A DNA stretch of 35,917 nucleotides from contig JBAVTM010000108.1 in NCBI GenBank assembly GCA_049696195.1, positions 1 to 35,917 of the forward strand. The letters are read 5' to 3'. A model generated the notes under the pieces. That model was not told the origin of the DNA, made no database searches, and worked only from the letters and a program-made list of their open reading frames with translations. Made by a program: the position numbers and the translations under genes. The stretch is from Desulfuromonadaceae bacterium (GTDB lineage Bacteria; Desulfobacterota; Desulfuromonadia; Geobacterales; Pseudopelobacteraceae). Every line of letters starts with the position of its first letter. The first letter of the stretch is position 1. Positions 26,871 through 35,345 of the stretch are shown piece by piece.

Positions 26871-26886
26871 TGGCACGTGTTTTGCT
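26871..26886 (+). promoter_or_regulatory. Consensus sigma54 -24/-12 promoter
   Basis: TGGCACgtgttTTGCT is an exact match to TGGCAC-N5-TTGCW. It lies 5 nt after the cdaA stop and about 100 nt upstream of the LysM/NlpC-P60 start. Confidence 0.65.
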
Positions 26887-26918
26887 GTTTGTGATTCCAC
26901 TGAAAGAAGCGACAAAGA

Positions 26919-26947
26919 TTGACTTTTGGAATTGGTTGTTATATAAA
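26919..26947 (+). promoter_or_regulatory. Sigma70-like promoter
   Basis: TTGACT, a 17-nt spacer, then TATAAA, about 40 nt upstream of the ATG at 26989. Confidence 0.45.
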
Positions 26948-26988
26948 CAAGCCCTTCTTTATGATATTTAAAACAACATGGAGGGAAC

Positions 26989-28017
26989 ATGGCCCATATG
27001 CGTACTGTTGTTGCGACCTGCCTCATACTCCTGGCACTTCCTCAGCTGGTTCTGGCTTCAAAATCTCATGTCGTACGAAAAAGCGAATCTCTGCTGTCAG
27101 TTGCCCGTAAATATCACGTTTCCGTCGATGAGCTTAAATCCGTTAACAACCTGACCGCTTCCCATGTTTCCAAGGGAATGCGCCTGATAATACCGTCACA
27201 TGCCGATTCACAACAAAAAAAGCCCACAACTTCAGCTCGCCTGAATACCTATAAAGTCTCCAAGGGGGATTCGCTTCCCAAAATTGCCAAAAGAACCGGC
27301 GTAAAAATGTCTGACATCCGAAACCTGAACGGACTGAAAGGAAACAGGATCAAGCCTGGCCAGGTTTTGATCCTTGTGGCTGCCGAGACAACCAGCCGGC
27401 CAGCCAGCACCAACAGACTGCAGCTTATAAACAAAGACCTCTTGAATGAGCAGGAGTTGACCGACACGCTGGCGGAGTTGACCGATCTTGAGTCAGATCG
27501 TCCCGTTGACCTCGCAAAAACTCTTGAAGCCAGTCATGTCAGCAGCCTGAAGAAGAGCGCTTTCAGCTTTCTGGGCGCACGGTACCGCTTTGGAGGGAGC
27601 AGCCGCAATGCTCTTGACTGTTCGAGTTTCACCCAGCAGGTTTTCCGCGAGCAGAGCGTTAAGCTTCCCCGCACTGCCAGGGAGCAGTTTTCTGTCGGCA
27701 ACGAGGTCATGCGCGGTGATCTGAAAAAAGGGGATCTTGTTTTTTTCCAGACCTACGCCAGCTTCCCATCACATGTCGGCATTTATCTCGGGAACCGCAA
27801 GATGATCCATGCCTCTTCCCGCGAGCACCGGGTCGTCATTTCCTCCATGGATACACCCTACTACCTGTCACGCTATCTTGGAGCCAGACGTATGACAAGT
27901 AACACGGACTCTGACGCCATTGATTTCAATGAATTACTGCTTGGCGTCGAAGAGGAAAATGAGCATGATATTTTAACAAATGATACTCTTGGCGTGTCAC
28001 TCAACCTTGCGAAATAG
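26989..28017 (+). CDS. Secreted cell-wall hydrolase with two LysM domains and an NlpC/P60 (C40) domain
   Basis: Signal peptide and LysM repeats (HVVRKSESLLSVARKY..., YKVSKGDSLPKIAKRT...). The catalytic region reads RYRFGGSSRNALDCSSFTQQVF...HVGIYLG...IHAS. Confidence 0.9.
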   Translation: MAHMRTVVATCLILLALPQLVLASKSHVVRKSESLLSVARKYHVSVDELKSVNNLTASHVSKGMRLIIPSHADSQQKKPTTSARLNTYKVSKGDSLPKIAKRTGVKMSDIRNLNGLKGNRIKPGQVLILVAAETTSRPASTNRLQLINKDLLNEQELTDTLAELTDLESDRPVDLAKTLEASHVSSLKKSAFSFLGARYRFGGSSRNALDCSSFTQQVFREQSVKLPRTAREQFSVGNEVMRGDLKKGDLVFFQTYASFPSHVGIYLGNRKMIHASSREHRVVISSMDTPYYLSRYLGARRMTSNTDSDAIDFNELLLGVEEENEHDILTNDTLGVSLNLAK

Positions 28018-28077
28018 AACCTGTCACCGATGCATATCTACTCCATCCGGGTCACCTGACCCGGATTTTTTTTCGCC

Positions 28078-29622
28078 ATGAAAATCCTGCTTGCCTATCA
28101 GTCCGGATTACCAAACCGCAGGGACCCCTACGTAAGTCTCGTCCCAACCGGCTTGTGCTACCTGCACGCCTGCTTGAGAGAAGCCGGATATGACTCGACC
28201 CTGGCTAATTTTTCCGCCTGGCCCGCATCCAGAATCAAGAAGGAGCTACTGACCTTCAAGCCTGATTTCATCGGCATTTCCCAATGGACCCACAACAGAC
28301 ACATATCTCTTGAACTTGCCAGGATGTGCCGGAACCTCATCCCTGACAGCACGATTGTAATGGGGGGCGGGCACGCGACCTTCTGCTATGAAGACATATT
28401 GATCGAAGGTTCGCCGGTCGATATTGTGGTTCGGGGCGAAGCGGAGTCCACGCTATTGGAATTGGTTTCACGGAAGTCATCAGGCTTAGAATGGCAGGAC
28501 ATCGCCGGACTGGCTTTTCGGCGATGCGGCACAATTACGGTCACCCACCCTCGAAAACTCCTTGATGATCTTGATCGCCTGCCGCTGCCGGCGCGCTATC
28601 TTGACAGGTCAGTCGGACTTGACCCGGCGCTGCAATCCGAATTCATCGTTACAACTCGAGGCTGCCCGTCCGCCTGTTATTTCTGCAGTTCGCCCGATTT
28701 TTGGGGAAGAAGGGTTCGTTTCCGTTCTCCGGACGCAATTGTTGACGAGATTCAGTATATTCGCCAAAAATATGGGCTGATCTATTTTTCGATACGTGAC
28801 GACACTTTTACAGCTGACCGCCGGAGAGTACTTGAATTTTGCTCGCAACTGCAGAATCATGAGGTCAACATTCTCTGGAACTGCCAGTCGCGAGTCACTG
28901 CGATTGACGAAGAACTGGTGACAGAAATGAAGAGGGCGGGCTGCGAATGCATTCAGCTCGGAGTCGAAGCCGGTTCGCCTCGCATTCTTCACCAGCTGGG
29001 TAAAAACATCACTCCACCGGAGATTGAGCAGGCCTGCGCGACGATCAAGGAGGTCGGCATCCATCTTTCGGTTTACCTTATCAGCGACGTTCCGGGGGAA
29101 ACCGGCGACGAGATCCGGCAGACAATCAAGCTTATCCGCCACATCCATCCTGATGACGGCTATGTCTCGCCGCTCGCCTATTATCCGGGCACGCAACTCT
29201 ATAAAGACGCACTGGCATCCGGCTCTGCCACTACCACTATTTTTACCGACTCACGCCAGGCAGCCCTGTACGTTTCATCTACACCAGGGGGACATTCATC
29301 CGCTACCCTCCTGAAGGAACTGACAAATAATCAACAGGATGACCCCGATCGCTTCAAACGGCAGAAGAAGAGGCTCGGATACTGCTGCACTACCAACGTG
29401 ATAGCCGCAGAGTGGTATCGCCAGCGGGGTGATTACAATAGCGCCGAAAAGGAATTGCGGGAGATTACGACACTGCAGCCAGGTAATCCGTGGGGGTGGT
29501 TTCTTCTTGGAGATCTGTATTCCGAACTGGGCAGAATAAATAAAGGGAAAGAGTTTTACGCCAAAGTACTGAGCATCGTTCCGAAGCATGGTCCATCAAA
29601 AGCGGGACTATCCGAGGCATAA
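28078..29622 (+). CDS. B12-binding-domain radical SAM protein with C-terminal TPR
   Basis: B12-type N-domain, canonical TTRGCPSACYFC (CX3CX2C), and a C-terminal TPR-like segment (AEWYRQRGDYNSAEKELREI...GDLYSELGRINKGKEFY). Confidence 0.9.
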   Translation: MKILLAYQSGLPNRRDPYVSLVPTGLCYLHACLREAGYDSTLANFSAWPASRIKKELLTFKPDFIGISQWTHNRHISLELARMCRNLIPDSTIVMGGGHATFCYEDILIEGSPVDIVVRGEAESTLLELVSRKSSGLEWQDIAGLAFRRCGTITVTHPRKLLDDLDRLPLPARYLDRSVGLDPALQSEFIVTTRGCPSACYFCSSPDFWGRRVRFRSPDAIVDEIQYIRQKYGLIYFSIRDDTFTADRRRVLEFCSQLQNHEVNILWNCQSRVTAIDEELVTEMKRAGCECIQLGVEAGSPRILHQLGKNITPPEIEQACATIKEVGIHLSVYLISDVPGETGDEIRQTIKLIRHIHPDDGYVSPLAYYPGTQLYKDALASGSATTTIFTDSRQAALYVSSTPGGHSSATLLKELTNNQQDDPDRFKRQKKRLGYCCTTNVIAAEWYRQRGDYNSAEKELREITTLQPGNPWGWFLLGDLYSELGRINKGKEFYAKVLSIVPKHGPSKAGLSEA

Positions 29623-29649
29623 AAAAACGGGGTCATTTGCATGACCCCG
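29621..29649 (-). terminator. Rho-independent terminator (strong on the minus strand)
   Basis: CGGGGTCAT-gcaa-ATGACCCCG followed by ttttttt on the minus strand. Confidence 0.7.
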
Positions 29650-29671
29650 TCGGTGTTACAGACTCTGGAAC

Positions 29672-30082
29672 CTACTTCACAATCCTGATACCAGGGATGA
29701 AGGAGATCTTTTCAAAAGTCTTGTTCAGAGTTTTGCTCTGGAAATTAGCCAGTGGCGGAGCTTCCGGGTATTCGATCTTGTCGCCCTTGGCAATCTTGAT
29801 TTCTGGCAGTGCCAGCCAGACTTTCACGCCTTTTTCGTCAGCTGCTTCTACGTACGTGTAGCCGCCGGAGTTCATGGTCTGCGTAACCGTTGCTTTTTTA
29901 CCGGCACCTGCAGGAATTTCCTGAGCCTTCATACCGGCGTGAGGGTCTCCGCCTGGTGCTGCGGCCGGCGCCTGGCCTTGCTGTGGAGCGGCTGGGGCTG
30001 GGGCTTCTGTCTTAGGCTTGTCTTTGCACCCTGCAAGGGCGAGAGCGGCGATGCTGATAACTACTAATGCTGTTTTTTTCAC
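29672..30082 (-). CDS. Hypothetical lipoprotein
   Basis: Lipobox LALAGC, a Pro/Ala-rich linker and a small C-terminal domain (SGGYTYVEAADEKGVKVWLALPE). AGGAGG lies 6 nt upstream of the GTG at 30082. Confidence 0.75.
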   Translation of the reverse strand: MKKTALVVISIAALALAGCKDKPKTEAPAPAAPQQGQAPAAAPGGDPHAGMKAQEIPAGAGKKATVTQTMNSGGYTYVEAADEKGVKVWLALPEIKIAKGDKIEYPEAPPLANFQSKTLNKTFEKISFIPGIRIVK

Positions 30083-30243
30083 CTGCGACCTCCTGAATTT
30101 TAGATAGCTCATCGATTTCTAACATATTACGGTTGGTTATTCCAAGATAAATATTATAACGTTTGAAAATATAACACTATTTCCCAGTTCAACACTATTT
30201 TTACGCAGCGCAGCCAGCCACATAACTATATAAATTAACTGAT

Positions 30244-30420
30244 TTACGTACCGGAATCAGAGTGATTCAGGGATTCGTACAACGCAATCTGTTCCGCAAT
30301 GGACAGTTTGCGGCGGCAGCAGTTCGTACCGTTCAGGCAGAGCCGGCAGCGGTCATTCGAACACCACTGACAACAGGTGCAGTCCGGACAGGGATATTTT
30401 TTGGGAGCATCATCAGACAT
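30244..30420 (-). CDS. Unlisted 58-aa cysteine-rich ORF
   Basis: Hand translation gives MSDDAPKKYPCPDCTCCQWCSNDRCRLCLNGTNCCRRKLSIAEQIALYESLNHSDSGT, with 9 Cys within 25 residues. It is just under the 60-aa track cutoff. There is no obvious SD, and the ATG overlaps the stop of ORF 30413..30646 by 8 nt. Confidence 0.4.
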   Translation of the reverse strand: MSDDAPKKYPCPDCTCCQWCSNDRCRLCLNGTNCCRRKLSIAEQIALYESLNHSDSGT

Positions 30421-30646
30421 CAACGTGCGACACTTTTATTGACAAAGCTGCCTCCGATAAGCTATGTAACGAAATTAATTCATAGCCATTGCCACGCAAA
30501 TTATTCATATGAGCTTCATTGACCGGGGTAGTGTCCTGCAGCCCCTTACCGACCAAACAGCAGGTACACGGAACAATTCCACGGCAGAGGCAGACTGCGG
30601 CGGCAGTGATTGTGACTGAAAACAGGCACCTGGTGAAACGGTACAT
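30413..30646 (-). CDS. Possible 77-aa ORF with a hydrophobic, Cys-rich N-terminus
   Basis: Track ORF MYRFTRCLFSVTITAAAVCLCRGIVPCTCCLVGKG... It has no SD and no family. It is listed only because it is positioned for translational coupling with 30244..30420. Confidence 0.2.
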   Translation of the reverse strand: MYRFTRCLFSVTITAAAVCLCRGIVPCTCCLVGKGLQDTTPVNEAHMNNLRGNGYELISLHSLSEAALSIKVSHVDV

Positions 30647-30667
30647 ACACGTGAGTCCATTGCAGAG

Positions 30668-31123
30668 TCAGCCCCTGACAATATAAACCGAACAGGCTGC
30701 ATTACTGGCGACCTTATGGGAAATACTCCCCTTGATTCGACGCTGGATAAATCCTTTGCCGGAACTACCGATAACAATCACATCGATTTCTTCACGTTTG
30801 GCAAGGCTGATGATTTTGTCAGCAGGGTCGCCATATTCAACAATCATCTCCAGCTGAATATCGTGTTCTGCGGCGCTTTTTTCTACGACATAAAATATCC
30901 GTTCCCGAAACTCATCCCATTTTTTTGTTTCGGTCATCGGGACCGCCGGTACAAAGTCAGTGAAGGTTGAATTTGGTGCATTCGGCAACACGAGCAATGC
31001 ATAAATTCGACTTTTAAACTGGCTCTGATTGCCGGCGGCAAAACGGACAGCCTCTTCAGCCGCCTTATCAGATTGAGGGGATCCATCGATTGCCACAAGT
31101 ATTTTTTTGCGTAGGTTCAGCAT
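30668..31123 (-). CDS. Universal stress protein (UspA family)
   Basis: KILVAIDGS start, the ATP-binding tail DVIVIGSSGKG...GSISHKV, and a length of 151 aa. Confidence 0.9.
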   Translation of the reverse strand: MLNLRKKILVAIDGSPQSDKAAEEAVRFAAGNQSQFKSRIYALLVLPNAPNSTFTDFVPAVPMTETKKWDEFRERIFYVVEKSAAEHDIQLEMIVEYGDPADKIISLAKREEIDVIVIGSSGKGFIQRRIKGSISHKVASNAACSVYIVRG

Positions 31124-31210
31124 AGCGCCCTCGTACGTGTTTTATAAACGAACTGCCATACAGATAAACGCCCGTATCATACAATTTAAATATAAAGTAA
31201 TTTTTCGCAC

Positions 31211-31239
31211 TTGACAATTGTAAAACAATATTCTAACAT
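31211..31239 (+). promoter_or_regulatory. Sigma70 promoter of the IclR-type gene
   Basis: TTGACA, a 17-nt spacer, then TAACAT. Confidence 0.5.
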
Positions 31240-31245
31240 TTTACA
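31219..31245. promoter_or_regulatory. Inverted repeat TGTAAAA-N13-TTTTACA overlapping the promoter (candidate IclR operator)
   Basis: Perfect 7-bp arms spanning the spacer and the -10 element. Confidence 0.4.
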
Positions 31246-31353
31246 AAATCATTCTAAAAGTGACACTTTTGGCTTATTTTTTAATTAATGATGACATTTT
31301 GATATGTTGCACATCGCTTTCTATTACTCTAATTCATGAAAAGGAATCGTCTC

Positions 31354-32136
31354 ATGGCAAAAAAAGAAAAATCGGATTATCTTATACAGGCTGTTTCACA
31401 TGCCCTCGACCTTCTGGAACAGTTCCATGGTGAAGTTGACGAACTCGGCGTTACGGAATTAAGCAAGCGCCTGAAACTTCACAAGAACAATGTCTTCAGA
31501 TTACTTGCGACACTCGAATCCCGCAGCTACATCGAGCAGAACAAAGTGACCGAAAACTATCGACTCGGCCTGAAAACTCTCGAACTCGGACAGACGTTCA
31601 TCAAGCAGATGGGTTTGCTGAGACAGTCAAAACCGGTTCTTGAGGCATTGGTTGAAAGCTGCAATGAGACGACCTATGTTTCAATTCTAAAAGACTTCAA
31701 CATAGTGTATCTTGATGTTGTCGAAACCGCCATGACCGTCAGGGTCGTCCCGCGGGTAGGTTCAAGACTTCCGGCCTACTGCACAGCCGCCGGCAAGGTA
31801 CAGATAGCATTCATGAGCGATGAGGAGCTTGAAGCATACCTCCCGTCAAAAGAGCTGAAAAGCTACACTCCCAATACCATTACCGATCGTGATGCACTGA
31901 AAAGGCAGCTTAAACAGATTGCCGAGCAGGGATACGCTTTCGACAACGAGGAACTTGACACCGGTGTCAAGTGTGTCAGCGCTCCGATCCGTGACTACAC
32001 CCGCCGCATTATCGGTGCAGTCAGTATTTCCGGACCGGCAATGCGCTTCTCTGATGAACGCATTAAAAACGAGCTGATTCCGCTTGTACTGAAAGCAGGT
32101 GACGAGATTTCCTCCAAGCTCGGTTTCCAGAAATAG
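31354..32136 (+). CDS. IclR-family transcriptional regulator
   Basis: N-terminal wHTH (LGVTELSKRLKLHKNNVFRLLATLE) and a C-terminal effector domain (GAVSISGP). AAGGA lies 8 nt upstream of the ATG at 31354; ATG 31336 is an alternative. Confidence 0.9.
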   Translation: MAKKEKSDYLIQAVSHALDLLEQFHGEVDELGVTELSKRLKLHKNNVFRLLATLESRSYIEQNKVTENYRLGLKTLELGQTFIKQMGLLRQSKPVLEALVESCNETTYVSILKDFNIVYLDVVETAMTVRVVPRVGSRLPAYCTAAGKVQIAFMSDEELEAYLPSKELKSYTPNTITDRDALKRQLKQIAEQGYAFDNEELDTGVKCVSAPIRDYTRRIIGAVSISGPAMRFSDERIKNELIPLVLKAGDEISSKLGFQK

Positions 32137-32156
32137 TCAGCTTCCCACAGACACCC

Positions 32157-32186
32157 AAAAGGCGGCTTTCGAGCCGCCTTTTTTGT
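32157..32186 (+). terminator. Rho-independent terminator
   Basis: aaaaGGCGGCT-ttcg-AGCCGCCtttttt. Confidence 0.8.
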
Positions 32187-32248
32187 GTAATCGAGAAGTG
32201 CCCCCGCATGTCCGGTACGGCAACAGCACGTTATTTGAGGATACAATC

Positions 32249-32440
32249 ATGCTGATTTACAAGGTTATTGAAATCGGGACGGTCACGGAAGATGCGATCG
32301 AAGAAACACTTAACGACTGGAGTTCCAAGGGATGGCATTTTGACGGACTGCAGTTCGCCATGCGCGAATCGAGCAAACGCCCCTCCATGGCATTTGCCCT
32401 TTTCACTCGGGAAACCTCTTGCAGAGATGAAAAACCATGA
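32249..32440 (+). CDS. DUF4177-like small protein
   Basis: 63 aa starting MLIYKVIEIG...LNDWSSKGWHFDG. GAGGA lies 8 nt upstream. The stop overlaps the polA ATG (ATGA). Confidence 0.7.
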   Translation: MLIYKVIEIGTVTEDAIEETLNDWSSKGWHFDGLQFAMRESSKRPSMAFALFTRETSCRDEKP

Positions 32441-35205
32441 ACCCTAAAGAGACCCTCTACCTGGTTGACGGATCCTCCTACATCTACCGGGCCTATTACG
32501 CCATCCGCCATCTATCGTCCCCCAGCGGTTTTCCGACCAATGCTATTTACGGCTTCATCCAGATGCTGCTCAAGCTGCTCAAAGATTACAACCCGCAACA
32601 TGTTGCCGTCGTTTTCGATGCCGGACGCACCACTTTCCGCACCGAAATGTACCCGGAGTACAAGGCAAACCGCGCCGCGATGCCGGATGACCTGCGGGTA
32701 CAGATGGAACCGATTCGCGAAGTGGTGCGGGGATTCAACATTCCGACTCTGGAACTGCGGGGGTATGAGGCTGACGATATCATCGGCGCTCTGGCCGGAC
32801 GTTTTGCCGCCAGAGGTGGAAAGGTCGTCGTGGTTACCGGTGACAAGGATCTGATGCAGATCGTGACCGACCACGTCACACTGCTGGACACCATGAAGGG
32901 GAAGGAATCGGGTATTACTGATGTGATTGAGCGTTTTGGCGTTCCACCGGAGCGGGTGATTGACATACTGGGGCTTGCTGGTGATTCCTCGGACAACATT
33001 CCCGGTGTGCCGGGCATCGGCGAAAAAACTGCGACGAAGCTGATTCTGGAATTCGGTTCGCTTGATGCTCTGCTGGCGCGGTCTGACGAGGTCAAAGGGA
33101 AAAACGGCGAAAAGCTGCGTGAATTCCGGGACCAGGCGCTGCTCTCACGGCGGCTGGCCACTATCGAGTGCAATGTCCCGCTGGAAGTAGATTTGGAGAC
33201 GTTGACTGCTCGTGAACCGGACCAGGAGGCTCTGAACGCGTTCTTTAAAAAATACGGTTTCACGACGCTGATCAAGGAGCTGACCGGCAAGGCGACCCTT
33301 TCTTTCGAGCAGTATCATACCGTTACGACTGTGGTGGAACTTGAAGCTCTCGCTACTGCTCTGGAGCTGGCGGGGGAATTTGCCTTCGACCTGGAGACCA
33401 CCAGTCTCGACCCGCGCTTGGCTGAGATTGTCGGACTTTCGTTCTCGTTCCGGGATCATGAGGCGTATTACGTGCCGGTCGGGCATGTCACAACTATCCC
33501 CCTCCCTACCCCGCACCCGCTGGAGGAGGGTTCTTTATTCGCTTATCAAGCAGGAGAAGAGCTCCTCCCTCCAACCGGGGGAGGAAACCTTGCTCCCAAC
33601 CAAATCCCCTATGTCACTGTTTTCGACCGCCTCCGTCCTCTGCTGGAGAACCCTGCCATGCGCAAGGTCGGGCAGAACATCAAGTTCGACATGCAGGTGC
33701 TGGCCAACAACGGCGTCACTCTGGCCGGTGTCTGGTTTGATACCATGCTCGCCTCCTATCTGCTCAATCCGTCACGGCAGGGACACGGCCTTGACGCCTT
33801 GGCGCAGGAGCATCTGAATCACCGCATGATCAGTTTCAATGATGTCGCCGGGAGCGGCAAGGGGCAAATAAATTTTGCTGAAGTGGAACTGGAAGCCGCC
33901 TCGCGCTATGCCGCAGAGGATGCCGATGCTACCTGGCTGCTGCACCGCAAGTTTGAGCCGCTCCTTGTGGCAGGGGGCGACGACAAATTATTTCATGAAG
34001 TCGAAATGCCGCTGGTAACGATCCTGGCCGGCATGGAGAATCATGGTGTGCTTCTGGACAGTACGCTCCTGAACGGTCTCTCTGCGGACTTCGCCGGGCG
34101 AATGGGGGCACTCGAGGAACAGATTTTTTCACTTGCTGGTGAACGGTTCAACCTCAACTCCCCCAAACAACTGGGCGAGGTGCTCTTTGACCGGATGGGG
34201 TTGAAGAGCGGCAAAAAGAACAAGGGTAAAACCGGCTGGTCAACCGACAACGAAGTGCTGACCGCACTGGCTGAAGAGCAGGAGATTGTCCGCCTGATCC
34301 TCGATTACCGCTCTGTTGCCAAGCTTAAATCAACCTACACCGATGCCCTTCCGCGTCTCGTCAGCCCGCGCACCGGCCGGGTCCATACTTCATACAACCA
34401 GACCGTTACCAGCACCGGCCGGCTTTCGTCTTCCGACCCAAACCTGCAGAACATCCCGATCCGGACCGAAGAGGGGCGCCGCATCCGTCATGCCTTTATC
34501 GCCCCGCCGGGACATGTCATCCTGTCGGCTGACTACTCCCAGATCGAACTTCGAGTACTTGCACACCTTTCAGGCGACACGGTTTTCTGTCACGCCTTCG
34601 CCAATGACGAAGACATCCATACCCGCACCGCGGCCGAGGTTTTCGGTCTTTTCCCCGAGATGGTTACTCCCGAGATGCGCCGCCAGGCCAAGACCATCAA
34701 TTTCGGCATCATCTATGGCCAGGGGGCCTTCTCCCTTGCCAAGCAGCTCGGCATTGCGCGCAAAACCGCCGAAGATTTCATCAGTACCTATAAAGAACGG
34801 CACCATGGAGCTATAACGTATCTCGACTCCTGCATCAGGGAAGCGGAAGACCACGGTTCTGTCAGGACGATCCTGGGCCGCCGCCTCCCGATTCCCGACA
34901 TCAGGAGCAGCAACGGCAACGTTCTGGCCTTTGCCCGCCGCAACGCCATCAACTATCCGATCCAGGGATCGGCGGCCGATATTATCAAGTGCGCCATGAT
35001 CCGGGTCGATGCCAGAATTCGCCGGGAGCTGCTGCAGAGCCGCCTGATTATGCAGGTACATGACGAGCTGGTGTTCGAGGTGCCGGAGCAGGAATTGGTG
35101 GCGATGGAACAGCTTGTGGAAGAGGAGATGGGGCATGCTGTTGAAGCACGGGTGCCTCTCAAGGTGGATATCAGTTACGGGGCCAACTGGAGCGAGGCGC
35201 ACTAG
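32437..35205 (+). CDS. polA: DNA polymerase I
   Basis: 5' nuclease domain (LYLVDGSSYIYRAYYA). 3'-5' exonuclease motifs FDLETTSLD, NIKFDMQVL and YAAEDAD. Polymerase motifs A (ILSADYSQIELRVLAH), B (RRQAKTINFGIIYG) and C (QVHDELVFE). Confidence 0.97.
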   Translation: MNPKETLYLVDGSSYIYRAYYAIRHLSSPSGFPTNAIYGFIQMLLKLLKDYNPQHVAVVFDAGRTTFRTEMYPEYKANRAAMPDDLRVQMEPIREVVRGFNIPTLELRGYEADDIIGALAGRFAARGGKVVVVTGDKDLMQIVTDHVTLLDTMKGKESGITDVIERFGVPPERVIDILGLAGDSSDNIPGVPGIGEKTATKLILEFGSLDALLARSDEVKGKNGEKLREFRDQALLSRRLATIECNVPLEVDLETLTAREPDQEALNAFFKKYGFTTLIKELTGKATLSFEQYHTVTTVVELEALATALELAGEFAFDLETTSLDPRLAEIVGLSFSFRDHEAYYVPVGHVTTIPLPTPHPLEEGSLFAYQAGEELLPPTGGGNLAPNQIPYVTVFDRLRPLLENPAMRKVGQNIKFDMQVLANNGVTLAGVWFDTMLASYLLNPSRQGHGLDALAQEHLNHRMISFNDVAGSGKGQINFAEVELEAASRYAAEDADATWLLHRKFEPLLVAGGDDKLFHEVEMPLVTILAGMENHGVLLDSTLLNGLSADFAGRMGALEEQIFSLAGERFNLNSPKQLGEVLFDRMGLKSGKKNKGKTGWSTDNEVLTALAEEQEIVRLILDYRSVAKLKSTYTDALPRLVSPRTGRVHTSYNQTVTSTGRLSSSDPNLQNIPIRTEEGRRIRHAFIAPPGHVILSADYSQIELRVLAHLSGDTVFCHAFANDEDIHTRTAAEVFGLFPEMVTPEMRRQAKTINFGIIYGQGAFSLAKQLGIARKTAEDFISTYKERHHGAITYLDSCIREAEDHGSVRTILGRRLPIPDIRSSNGNVLAFARRNAINYPIQGSAADIIKCAMIRVDARIRRELLQSRLIMQVHDELVFEVPEQELVAMEQLVEEEMGHAVEARVPLKVDISYGANWSEAH

Positions 35206-35252
35206 CCGCACAGACAGGCGTGTAGAACATGGCTGGAATAGCAGGAGATTGA

Positions 35253-35312
35253 ATGGAACCCGCCGAAGATAATGTTGGAAATCCGGCGTTACAATTCCAT
35301 ACTCGTTTTTTT
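35253..35312 (+). terminator. Possible terminator after polA
   Basis: Long imperfect hairpin (ATGGAA..CGCCG...CGGCG..TTCCAT) followed by T7 at 35306-35312. Confidence 0.4.
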
Positions 35313-35345
35313 CTTCATGAAATGTGAATCATTGTCAAATAGCAC

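Noticed and set aside
30421-30667. Cobalamin or other riboswitch between usp and the Cys-rich ORF. This was suspected because two B12-type radical SAM genes are nearby.
   Set aside because: I could not find a B12 box (GCCACTG-like core with flanking conserved stems) or any other riboswitch core I recognise on either strand. It needs an Infernal/Rfam scan to exclude properly.
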